Shown here in pieces: positions 18,067-26,271 of a stretch of 63,953 bases of DNA (positions within the stretch are counted from its first letter, which is position 1; every line of letters starts with the position of its first letter). This DNA comes from Bacteroidota bacterium. GTDB taxonomy: Bacteria > Bacteroidota > Bacteroidia > 2-12-FULL-35-15. Position numbers and translations under genes: made by a program. The stretch is from contig JANYDQ010000024.1 of the NCBI GenBank assembly GCA_025363555.1, positions 1-63,953 on the forward strand, given 5' to 3'. The notes beneath the pieces were generated by a model. That model was not told the DNA's origin, ran no database searches, and saw only the letters and a program-made list of their open reading frames with translations.

Positions 18067-19803
18067 ATGAACACTTTAAAAGCCATTTTTGAATTTTCTG
18101 TCAAGTATGTTTGCGAACTTGTTTTACTTATTTGCCTTGTTATCACTTTTTATCAGCAGATAAATAACGACAAGTGGAAACAAATTATCCGGTCGGATGG
18201 TTTGGGTTATTATGCTTATTTGCCGGCAGTTTTTATTTATCACGATTGTAAGTTTGAATTCTTAAAAGAGATAGATAAAAACTACAACATGAATCAGTAT
18301 TCCGGTGGGATGATAAAATCAACTCCCCTTGGCAAAGTAAATAAATTTTATGTTGGATTAAGTATTTTTTGGCTGCCATTCTTTTGGCTCGCTCATCTTT
18401 TTACTTTATTTTCGGGAGGGGTAACAGATGGTTATACTTATTACTATCAAATTTTTATTGCTATTGCAGCTAATTTTTATTTGTGGTTAGGGTGTAAATT
18501 TACAAGACGGTTAATTATAAAATATGCTGTTTCCGAAAAAATTTCTGCATTTATTATTTTATTAATTGTGTTTGGAACAAATCTTTCGCACTATGCAACT
18601 TACGATTCAAATGGAACACACGTTTATTCGTTTGCGGCTATTGCGGCTTTTTTACTTTCCAGTCATTCTTTTTTTGAACATCAAAAAAGTAAATATCTTT
18701 ATTGGTGTGCCTTTCTTATCGGGATAATATTTCTTTTGCGCCCATCTAATATATTAGTGATTATACTGTTTCCGTTTTTTACTACGTCATTATATACATT
18801 TATAACATGTATTAAATCACTGAAAAAAGAAATCGCAATTTGTTTTTTAATATTTTTGATTACTATTGTTCTTCAATTTATTTTTTATTTTTTACAAACC
18901 GGGCATTTTATAGTTTGGTCGTATGATGATGAAACATTTAATTTTAGTAAGCCTGAATTTTTAAATGTTCTTTTTAGCTACCGCAAAGGATTGTTTATAT
19001 ATGCTCCTTTAATTTTAGTATCGCTTTCCGGGCTTTATTTTTTATTCAAAAAAAATAAATTTCAATTTTCAGTGCTGTTATTCTTTCTTCTTATTAGCTG
19101 TTATATTATTTCCAGTTGGTGGTGCTGGAGTTACGGATGTTGTTTAGGGCAGCGTTCTTTTGTAGATTATTCAGCCATTTTTGCATTATTATTTTCGTTT
19201 TTGTTTTTGGGCATTTCAAAAAGCAATTATTTAAAAGCATTGTTGTTGGGTTCAGCTCCTCTTTTTATTTTTTATTCAATGATGCTTTCTTTTCAATTTG
19301 AACATAATATTATTAGCTGGGATGAAATGAACAAAGAAAAATTTTGGGCAGTTTTTATGAAAACAGGTGCAGAATATGAAGGGCTTACATCCTCCAAAGG
19401 ATTATTTTCTGGCAATGACGAATACCACCCGGTTTCTATTAAGGCGGCTAACAATTTATTTTTATGTGCAGATGAATTTGTTTCAGACCAATTTATTATG
19501 GTGAATAGAAACGCAAGCCAGGCATGGGAAACATTCAACCTTATAAATGCAGGTGATAATAAAGTTGCTTTTAAAACATATCGTGGAAATTATATTTCTG
19601 CACGATTGGATTCCGGAAGTGTGATTAAATATTCTGTGAATAAATTAAACAATTGGGAAACATTTGAAATGATTCCGTTCGGAGATAAAATAGCCCTCAA
19701 GGCATGTAATGGTAAATATGTATCTTTAAACGGAGACAGGCTTTTTGCCAATTCTGATTGTTTATCAGGTTCCAACTGCTTTTTTACATTGGGGGTAAAA
19801 TAA
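18067..19803 (+). CDS. polytopic membrane protein, GT-C-like (group A paralogue) with C-terminal fascin-like beta-trefoil domain
   Basis: SDGLGYYAYLPAVF, IVWSYDDETFNFSKPEFLNVLFSYRKGLFIYAP and SSWWCWSYGCCLGQRSF. C-terminal VSIKAANNLFLCADE..AWETFNLINAGDNKVAFKTYRGNYISA..NNWETFEMIPFGDKIALKACNGKYVSL. Confidence 0.6.
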   Translation: MNTLKAIFEFSVKYVCELVLLICLVITFYQQINNDKWKQIIRSDGLGYYAYLPAVFIYHDCKFEFLKEIDKNYNMNQYSGGMIKSTPLGKVNKFYVGLSIFWLPFFWLAHLFTLFSGGVTDGYTYYYQIFIAIAANFYLWLGCKFTRRLIIKYAVSEKISAFIILLIVFGTNLSHYATYDSNGTHVYSFAAIAAFLLSSHSFFEHQKSKYLYWCAFLIGIIFLLRPSNILVIILFPFFTTSLYTFITCIKSLKKEIAICFLIFLITIVLQFIFYFLQTGHFIVWSYDDETFNFSKPEFLNVLFSYRKGLFIYAPLILVSLSGLYFLFKKNKFQFSVLLFFLLISCYIISSWWCWSYGCCLGQRSFVDYSAIFALLFSFLFLGISKSNYLKALLLGSAPLFIFYSMMLSFQFEHNIISWDEMNKEKFWAVFMKTGAEYEGLTSSKGLFSGNDEYHPVSIKAANNLFLCADEFVSDQFIMVNRNASQAWETFNLINAGDNKVAFKTYRGNYISARLDSGSVIKYSVNKLNNWETFEMIPFGDKIALKACNGKYVSLNGDRLFANSDCLSGSNCFFTLGVK

Positions 19804-19859
19804 TAAAGTAACTTATATAAAAAAAAAAGCTGTTTTTGTTATTGACAGTAGATTAAACA

Positions 19860-21440
19860 ATGAATAAAATAATTAATAAATCAGAATTCCTTTTTTTTAT
19901 TTTAGTAGTACTGTTAAATCTTTCTCCCGTTTTATCTACTAACTATTTTTGTACCCTTGATGGTGGCTCACACGCCAACAATGCACATATTATAAAAACC
20001 CTGTTAACTTCTTCTCACAGTATTTATTCTGATGTATATAAAATAAATCCCGAATTAGTTCCAAACTGGTCGGGGCATTTCGTATTGGCATTTCTAAGTT
20101 TATTCTTTGCCAATTATGTGTCAGAAAAAATCTTGGTCTGTTCCATTTTAATACTTATCCCGTTTTTTTTCAGAAAAATTGTAAAACTCATCGCTCCCGA
20201 TAATGCAGTGATGTGTTACCTTATTTTTCCCTTTACCCATTATGTGCTGTTATATTTAGGGTTCTTTAATTTTACCATCGGCATTTTATTCTTTTTTATT
20301 ACTGTTTATTTTTATTTAAAACATTCTCTTAATTTTAAATGGCAACACTATATTATTCTCTTCCTTTTATCAGGAGCACTTTACTTTTCCCATCTTTTTG
20401 CTTTTGTCGTTACTATATTTTATTTAGCATTACATTCATTTTTTGTTGCCTTGTTCGATTCTGAAAATACGTTTTGGTATCGTTTGCGAAAAAAAACACT
20501 TCCGGTACTTTTGTGCTCGCTTCCATTTCTGTTACTTACTATAAACTATTTTGCCAACCGACCACCAAAACCTCCCAGCCAGGTTTCCTTTTTACCTGCC
20601 GAAAGAATATGGGTAATGATTAGAGACGGTTATGTTTTTTCGATAGATAATATAGCAGAAAGACCTTTCGCCAGATTGTTTTTCTTTGTACTCATCGTTT
20701 TATTTTTTGTTGTACTTATTAAAGGCATTATTTTCTTTTTCAACAACCCGGACAAAAAGAAGATGGTATGTTTATTTTTTAAAAAACCAGTTTCCTCTTT
20801 CCTGGTACTTGTTATCTTTTTGTTGTCTATGACGTTTGTTTTTCCCGATGGTGACGGGTACGGAGGATTTATAACTTTGCGTTTTATTTATTTTGCAGTT
20901 CTGTTTATGTTATTATTTTCATTGGAGTTAAGTTATTCAGGAAAAAATTTCAATATCCTATTACTGTTTATTGTCGGTTTTTCGTATTTTAATTTAACAG
21001 ATTTTCGTACCAATCAAATTATGTGGACCAATAATGAGCGGCATCAGCTCGAAAAGGCATTTGAGAAAATTCACACTAATTCTTCTTTGTTAACTTTCCG
21101 GCTGCAAAAAAATGACAACTGGTTTTTAGGCCACTTTATGGAATATGCCGGAGCGGATAAAGACATTCTGATATTGAATAATTACGAAGCAGCCGAAAAA
21201 TATTTTCCTGTTATTTATTTGGAAAATAAAACAGCAAAATATACAGCGGGAGAATTCAATCTTTTCATGGGGCAAACATTACAGGGAACTAATGATACCA
21301 TTAAAAAAAAGATAGATTATGTTTTAATATATGGTTTAAAAAATGAAGATACCGAATATACCCAAATGGTGAAAAGTATAGGAAATGAATATAACCTTGT
21401 TTACGATTCGCCACGGGTAAATTTATTTAAGAAACAATAA
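19860..21440 (+). CDS. polytopic membrane protein (possible GT-C-like), unknown function
   Basis: 526 aa with about 10 hydrophobic spans and a soluble C-terminal roughly 150 aa. Co-oriented with the preceding membrane glycosyltransferase-like genes. No recognisable catalytic motif. Confidence 0.45.
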   Translation: MNKIINKSEFLFFILVVLLNLSPVLSTNYFCTLDGGSHANNAHIIKTLLTSSHSIYSDVYKINPELVPNWSGHFVLAFLSLFFANYVSEKILVCSILILIPFFFRKIVKLIAPDNAVMCYLIFPFTHYVLLYLGFFNFTIGILFFFITVYFYLKHSLNFKWQHYIILFLLSGALYFSHLFAFVVTIFYLALHSFFVALFDSENTFWYRLRKKTLPVLLCSLPFLLLTINYFANRPPKPPSQVSFLPAERIWVMIRDGYVFSIDNIAERPFARLFFFVLIVLFFVVLIKGIIFFFNNPDKKKMVCLFFKKPVSSFLVLVIFLLSMTFVFPDGDGYGGFITLRFIYFAVLFMLLFSLELSYSGKNFNILLLFIVGFSYFNLTDFRTNQIMWTNNERHQLEKAFEKIHTNSSLLTFRLQKNDNWFLGHFMEYAGADKDILILNNYEAAEKYFPVIYLENKTAKYTAGEFNLFMGQTLQGTNDTIKKKIDYVLIYGLKNEDTEYTQMVKSIGNEYNLVYDSPRVNLFKKQ

Positions 21441-21697
21441 AATATACATAAGAATTGTTTCGAAGAATAAAACGGTAGAATTAAAAAATCTTAACATTGT
21501 TTTCTTAAAATAATATTCTCAAAGAAATAGAAAAACGTAGAAATGCACCCCCATTTTTTAAAGTATCGTTTTTTTTAATTAACACCAGCCCTTCACTTAT
21601 CAACAAAAAAAGCCAATAAAATTAGTACTTACAGCGATTTTGTAAATTCTCCTTACAAAACTTGCACTATCTGCAATCGCTACTTTTGGGCAATTAA

Positions 21698-21705
21698 TAC
21701 ATTTG
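21698..21705 (+). promoter_or_regulatory. Bacteroidota -7 box candidate (TAnnTTTG) for the XRE gene
   Basis: TACATTTG lies 30 bp upstream of the ATG at 21736. A second match, TACTTTTG, is at 21681-21688. Small inverted repeats (AGCGATT..AATCGCT, TTTGTAA..TTACAAA) lie nearby. Confidence 0.3.
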
Positions 21706-21735
21706 TCGAAAATTAATAAAAACATTTTTTGATTT

Positions 21736-21996
21736 ATGACAGGAGTGAATGTACGAGGGAAATTAATTCGTAAACGGAGAGAAGAAAAAGGGTTATCACT
21801 TTTAGACGTGGCAATAAAAATAGGAAAGTCGGAATCTTATATGAGCAGAATTGAAAACGGAAAAATTAATTTGACAGAGCAATATGAACTAATGATTGTT
21901 ATTATTTTGTGGGACTATTTGGAACATTATCAAAATGAATACGCAACACTTTTCAGGAAAGAGGGCTTGGATAAAAAATTTTTGTACCTGAAATAA
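21736..21996 (+). CDS. XRE-family helix-turn-helix transcriptional regulator
   Basis: GKLIRKRREEKGLSLLDVAIKIGKSESYMSRIENGKINLT is a canonical HTH_3 pattern. The last 7 codons already belong to the 21-bp array. Confidence 0.7.
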   Translation: MTGVNVRGKLIRKRREEKGLSLLDVAIKIGKSESYMSRIENGKINLTEQYELMIVIILWDYLEHYQNEYATLFRKEGLDKKFLYLK

Positions 21997-22353
21997 AAAT
22001 AGTTTTTTAAACTTAAAAAACAATTTTGAAGCAAGAATAAATGATTTTTGAAAGCTGGAAAATCATTTTGTAGCAAAAAGAAATCATTTTTTAAACTTAA
22101 AAAATAATTTTGTAGTAAGAATAAATGATTTTTGAAAGCTGAAAAATCATTTTGTAACAATAATAAATTATTTTTTAAACTTAAAAAACAATTTTGTAGT
22201 AAGAATAAATGATTTTTGAAATGTAGAAAATCATTTTGTAGTAATAATAAATCATTTTTTAACCTTAAAAAACAATTTTGCAAGAAGTAAAAATAGTTTT
22301 TTAAAAGTAAAAAATGATGTTGTAACAATAAAAAATGAATTTTAAACGTAATA
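21976..22353 (+). repeat. tandem array of 18 units of exactly 21 bp, organised as four 84-bp super-repeats
   Basis: Every unit begins AAA(T/C)NATTTT. Examples: aaatcattttttaaacttaaa / aaacaattttgtagtaagaat / aaatgatttttgaaagctgaa / aaatcattttgtaacaataat. Super-repeats at 21997, 22081 and 22165 are roughly 90% identical, and the one at 22249 is more diverged. The array ends 36 bp before the ATG at 22389. Confidence 0.9.
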
Positions 22354-22388
22354 ATAAATTAATATAAACTAAATAACACTAAAATAAA

Positions 22389-23081
22389 ATGGCAGATTTA
22401 ACCTTTGTAGAACCAACAGACCCAAAATTCAGCTTGCAAATATTGAAATTTGCAAACCGATTACCTACTTATTCGGCAATAGTAGGAGTAACCACAGCCG
22501 AAAAAAACAGCGCACTGGCAGATGCCGTATTTTTTGAATACGTTGTAAGCTGGATGGGTGTAAACCGTGCTTTTTCGGTTAGTTCCACTTCTTATAAAGA
22601 CCTTGCCAGGGTTCAAATTGGTGCAGAAGTGCTTCCTGCGGTGCCGCCCACCCCGGTGGCAGATACTCCTCCGGCATTGGTGGAGGCAGGAATTCAAAAG
22701 AGGTTTACTGATTTGGCAGAGCGGATTAAAAAATCTCCGAATTATACTTTTACAATAGGTGAAGCATTAGGAATTGCAAAATCGGTTGCGCCTTTTGTTC
22801 CCGGAGACGGCAAACCAATATTGAAATTGACATTGGTAGAAGGAGGTTTTCCGCAAATTGGATATAAAAAAGGAAAATATCAAAGTTTGATGATTCAGAA
22901 AGAAGACAAAGATGGGGTAATGAATTTATTAACTATTTCTGTTCCTGCAAAATATGTGGACAAAGCAGATATGCCGCTTCAGGGAGTTACTAAAAAAGTG
23001 AAATACAAGGCTATCTATATGTATAAAGGGGCACCGGTGGGCGAATGGAGCGATGTTTTTACAATTACTGTTACGGGGTAA
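22389..23081 (+). CDS. hypothetical protein, Fn3-tail family paralogue 2
   Basis: 230 aa with no signal peptide. It has an N-terminal helical region, the P/T-rich linker AVPPTPVADTPPALVE, and a C-terminal beta-sandwich ending KYKAIYMYKGAPVGEWSDVFTITVTG (Fn3-like Y.Y....G.WS motif). Confidence 0.6.
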   Translation: MADLTFVEPTDPKFSLQILKFANRLPTYSAIVGVTTAEKNSALADAVFFEYVVSWMGVNRAFSVSSTSYKDLARVQIGAEVLPAVPPTPVADTPPALVEAGIQKRFTDLAERIKKSPNYTFTIGEALGIAKSVAPFVPGDGKPILKLTLVEGGFPQIGYKKGKYQSLMIQKEDKDGVMNLLTISVPAKYVDKADMPLQGVTKKVKYKAIYMYKGAPVGEWSDVFTITVTG

Positions 23082-23105
23082 GAAATAAAATAATAAATAG
23101 TGATT

Positions 23106-23139
23106 AAAAAAGTTCTGTGTAAATGCAGAACTTTTTTTT
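23106..23139. terminator. bidirectional rho-independent terminator between convergent genes
   Basis: AAAAAAGTTCTG (23106-23117) pairs with CAGAACTTTTTT (23126-23137). A-run on one side, T-run on the other. Confidence 0.7.
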
Positions 23140-23149
23140 ATTTATAGAC

Positions 23150-24922
23150 TTATTTTACCGCTTTCAAAACAGTTGCTGTTAAATTTAACAGCTTCATTTT
23201 TTTATCTCCATCAATATACACATACGACAGGATTTCATAGTTTTTATTATTTGCCTGTGGCGGAATTAAAACGGATAAATCTATTGGGGCTTTTGTGTTT
23301 TTAATGTCCGAATAATTAAAATCGCGGGAACGGTATTTATATAATTTTCCATCTTTATTAATAACAGTAACTAAATGGGCAGTTATGTCAGATGATGTGT
23401 TTGCGGTATTGGTATCTGCCATTACGGAGGTTATTAAATAATTATCCTGCACATCGTATCCCAAATTTGCGGTCACTGTTATTGATTTAGAAAAAGCAGT
23501 ACCGGCATTTAACAGAGCCGAACTTTCGTTTAGTGATAAATTGCTGCTATATACTTTGTCATATTTTAATGAAAGATTCAGTGCATCTTTGCCATCTGCA
23601 TATTGAGCAGGTTCCAGCCATCTTTTGTCTTCCTCGGTTGCTTCGCCTTTTAAAAATACTCTCCAGTAATATTCTTTAGTGGTAAGAGTGGTATGTAATA
23701 TCCCGTTTTCCGCCTGGTGGGTTTGAAATAAATTAAGATGAATAATAACCAAACTCAATACTAATGCAGTAATTACAACAAGTTGTTTTTTTAACGAAAG
23801 GTAATGAATGAATGCTGCTAACGGAAAAGCCATAAACACATAGCTTTCTACAAAAGGTCGCTGTGCAAACGAACCACCATACCACCAGCAATCCCAGCAG
23901 GAAACAAGATAAGTGTTTACTATGAAGAATATAAAAACGGGGAGAAACAATTCGCGATGTTTTTTAAACAAACTAACAAAACCCCAGATAGCAAAGCACA
24001 TTAAGGGTGTGTACAGCAGCCATCCTTTTTTGTAACTAAATAAAACATTAAGTAAATGTGGTTTTGATAATTGTATTTTTTCGCCCGGATAACTATAAAA
24101 CAACCATTGCCCGGAAACCGATTTCCAATAAATAAGTTGAGGAAGAATAACCAGGAAAGCAACACCGCCAATAACAAAGAGATGATAAAATTTATGTATG
24201 AAAAGTTTTATTCTTGCCCTCATAGAATCTAAACTCCACACCTTCCATAACAATGGAATAATAACTACTACAGCACTTGTAGGGCGAATAAGTACTGATA
24301 TGCCAATACAAAAACCAATGGTTATAGCGTATTTTAATTTTTGAACTTCATACCATTTAATGGTGTTATAAAGCATGATGGCAAAAAATGTAAAAATAAA
24401 ATTATGAGGCATCAATCCGTCATAAGCTGTCATTACAAAATAATTGCTTCCAAACACCAGCAAAGCAATGGTAGCAAAAACAATGGTTTCGCTGAAATAA
24501 AGAGAAAGAATTTTAAATAAATAATAAATACCAAGCAAGGAAAAAAACAAAGCACAGAGCATCATCATCCATTGGTAAGGAGGCGAAAACCCATCTCTGT
24601 CGAAATGAAAGAGCATTGCCATAAAATCGGCAACAAAAAAGAAAGGGGCATATACAAAGGATAAACCCATGGTATATTTCATAACCAATTTATCTTTCGG
24701 TCCTTTGTATGCCTGGTAAAATCCTTCGGTGGTATGATATTTTTCTATAATAGGATTTAACCACACTTCTTTTTTTTCTAAATGTATATCATCATAAATA
24801 AACTGGGCAGGCAGATAGAGATAATAACCAAACACATCCCAATCGAGCCGGGTATGGCGTTTTGAACTATTGAAAACAAAAACGCATAAAAAAAATAAAA
24901 TGAAAATGGATTTCCGTGTCAT
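23150..24922 (-). CDS. polytopic membrane protein, GT-C-like (group A paralogue) with divergent C-terminal beta-rich domain
   Basis: WDVFGYYLYLPAQF, LFYSYPGEKIQLSKPHLLNVLFSYKKGWLLYTP and SCWDCWWYGGSFAQRPF. The C-terminal roughly 170 aa are soluble. Confidence 0.6.
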   Translation of the reverse strand: MTRKSIFILFFLCVFVFNSSKRHTRLDWDVFGYYLYLPAQFIYDDIHLEKKEVWLNPIIEKYHTTEGFYQAYKGPKDKLVMKYTMGLSFVYAPFFFVADFMAMLFHFDRDGFSPPYQWMMMLCALFFSLLGIYYLFKILSLYFSETIVFATIALLVFGSNYFVMTAYDGLMPHNFIFTFFAIMLYNTIKWYEVQKLKYAITIGFCIGISVLIRPTSAVVVIIPLLWKVWSLDSMRARIKLFIHKFYHLFVIGGVAFLVILPQLIYWKSVSGQWLFYSYPGEKIQLSKPHLLNVLFSYKKGWLLYTPLMCFAIWGFVSLFKKHRELFLPVFIFFIVNTYLVSCWDCWWYGGSFAQRPFVESYVFMAFPLAAFIHYLSLKKQLVVITALVLSLVIIHLNLFQTHQAENGILHTTLTTKEYYWRVFLKGEATEEDKRWLEPAQYADGKDALNLSLKYDKVYSSNLSLNESSALLNAGTAFSKSITVTANLGYDVQDNYLITSVMADTNTANTSSDITAHLVTVINKDGKLYKYRSRDFNYSDIKNTKAPIDLSVLIPPQANNKNYEILSYVYIDGDKKMKLLNLTATVLKAVK

Positions 24923-24925
24923 GGT

Positions 24926-26083
24926 TTAATTATTAACTGCGTTTTCTTTTTTCAGCAAATCATACATTTGTTCAATAAAATTATACCCGCAATTAACTAA
25001 ACTCGATTCGTTATAAACAAGCACTATAAAGTCCCGGTTAAGCGTTTGCTCTTTTAAATTTAATTTAGACACCGGGTATTTATCCATACCATTAATTTGG
25101 GGCCAGCCTACTTCTTTGTTATAATACCAGTAAGCAGATTTATCACTCACCAAATTAGGGATATAACTGTCCGTGCCTATCCAGCTCCATACAAAACTAT
25201 CGCCAACCAAAAGAACATTGGGTTTTGTTTTTTGCGTATCTTTTTTAATTATCAAGTTGGGATAATACATCGGGAAAGAAGGAATATCGCGGACCAGGTT
25301 CATTGCCTGCCCTATGTCAGCATCTGTTCTTTCAGGTTGAGTAGTTTCCCTTCCTCCTGCATAATAATAATTCGGCATATCAATATGGCGCATATTTTCC
25401 ATATATTTTATTAATGTATCAGCCGCCAAAGTAGAACCATATATACTCCAATGAATTCCGCATCGCGTAAACAGTGCGTGTTTGGCAGTTGGTTTCAGTT
25501 TTAAAAGAAATTTCCTGAAATCAATATAATTTATTTTTTGTTTTTCAAATTGTTCGGTGTATGCATCATAATTACTCCTTGTTTTTTTTGAAATGTCGTA
25601 TTTGTCGGGCAGAAATTCAGAATAAAAAGCCGACTTACCCGGGGTGATTAAGAACAATAAATCAATGTTCCGCTTCTTTAATTCCGATTGAACATAATAG
25701 AGTTTGTTTACTTTATCAATTACTGCATCTTCTCCAACAAAATCTTTTCCAATAAATCCCTTTGTATATCCTGCACCAAATAAAAAGTGGTTTTTTCCTT
25801 CCTCTACATCTTTTACATTGATGGTATCGAACACAGAATACCCTATTTGATTGTGAAGGCGGGTCAAAAAGGTATGAGTATCCATGTTTTGCTCATAATA
25901 TTTCATCACTGTATCCTGGTAGTTTCCACTCAACCAGTTTTCAAGAGTAAAAGTTGGTTTTGGCATATTAACAATCCCGCCTTGCAGCGGAGTGGCGTTA
26001 AGCCACTGAAAACGGTTTTGAAGAAGTTCCCCGCAAACAGCCAGGAAAAACAAAACAAATAAGCTATGTTTAATTACTTTCAT
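24926..26083 (-). CDS. AlgX/AlgJ-like SGNH-fold protein (putative glycan O-acetyl-transferase/esterase)
   Basis: N-terminal anchor; an HW motif in CGIHWSIYG (DHHW-family-like); LLVGDSF (GDS block). Immediately upstream of, and co-oriented with, 23150-24922. Confidence 0.4.
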   Translation of the reverse strand: MKVIKHSLFVLFFLAVCGELLQNRFQWLNATPLQGGIVNMPKPTFTLENWLSGNYQDTVMKYYEQNMDTHTFLTRLHNQIGYSVFDTINVKDVEEGKNHFLFGAGYTKGFIGKDFVGEDAVIDKVNKLYYVQSELKKRNIDLLFLITPGKSAFYSEFLPDKYDISKKTRSNYDAYTEQFEKQKINYIDFRKFLLKLKPTAKHALFTRCGIHWSIYGSTLAADTLIKYMENMRHIDMPNYYYAGGRETTQPERTDADIGQAMNLVRDIPSFPMYYPNLIIKKDTQKTKPNVLLVGDSFVWSWIGTDSYIPNLVSDKSAYWYYNKEVGWPQINGMDKYPVSKLNLKEQTLNRDFIVLVYNESSLVNCGYNFIEQMYDLLKKENAVNN

Positions 26084-26271
26084 TATCGGTTAAAAGCCGT
26101 TTTGGATATTAAAATATTCATTTCACAAATGTAGAATTTTATATTATAAAACATATCAACAAAATGAAACCTTACTGAAAATCCTGCGTATGATAGAGTA
26201 GGGCTGTTGAAACTTTTGTTTAAAAGTTTTGTAACCACTGTGTTTGTGCAGTCCTTAAAAGGATTACCTTT

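Noticed and set aside
21930-22328. 132-aa minus-strand ORF (LLLQNDF LHFKNHL FLLQNCF ... heptads) spanning the 21-bp array
   Set aside because: The open frame follows from a 21-bp (7-codon) unit that happens to lack stops in one frame. The product would be almost pure L/F/N/Q, it overlaps the 3-prime end of the XRE gene antisense, and it has no recognisable domain. I treat it as non-coding, though translation cannot be excluded without data.
21976-22353. CRISPR array or plasmid iteron origin as an explanation for the 21-bp tandem repeats
   Set aside because: The units are contiguous with no unique spacers, 21 bp is too short for CRISPR repeats, and no cas genes are present. No rep, par or dnaA-box context supports an iteron replication origin, and the flanking genes are chromosomal housekeeping genes.
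22389-23081. Fn3-like C-terminal domains as type IX secretion C-terminal sorting domains
   Set aside because: T9SS cargo needs an N-terminal Sec signal peptide, and none of the three paralogues has one. The tails also lack a recognisable Por_Secre_tail pattern by eye.
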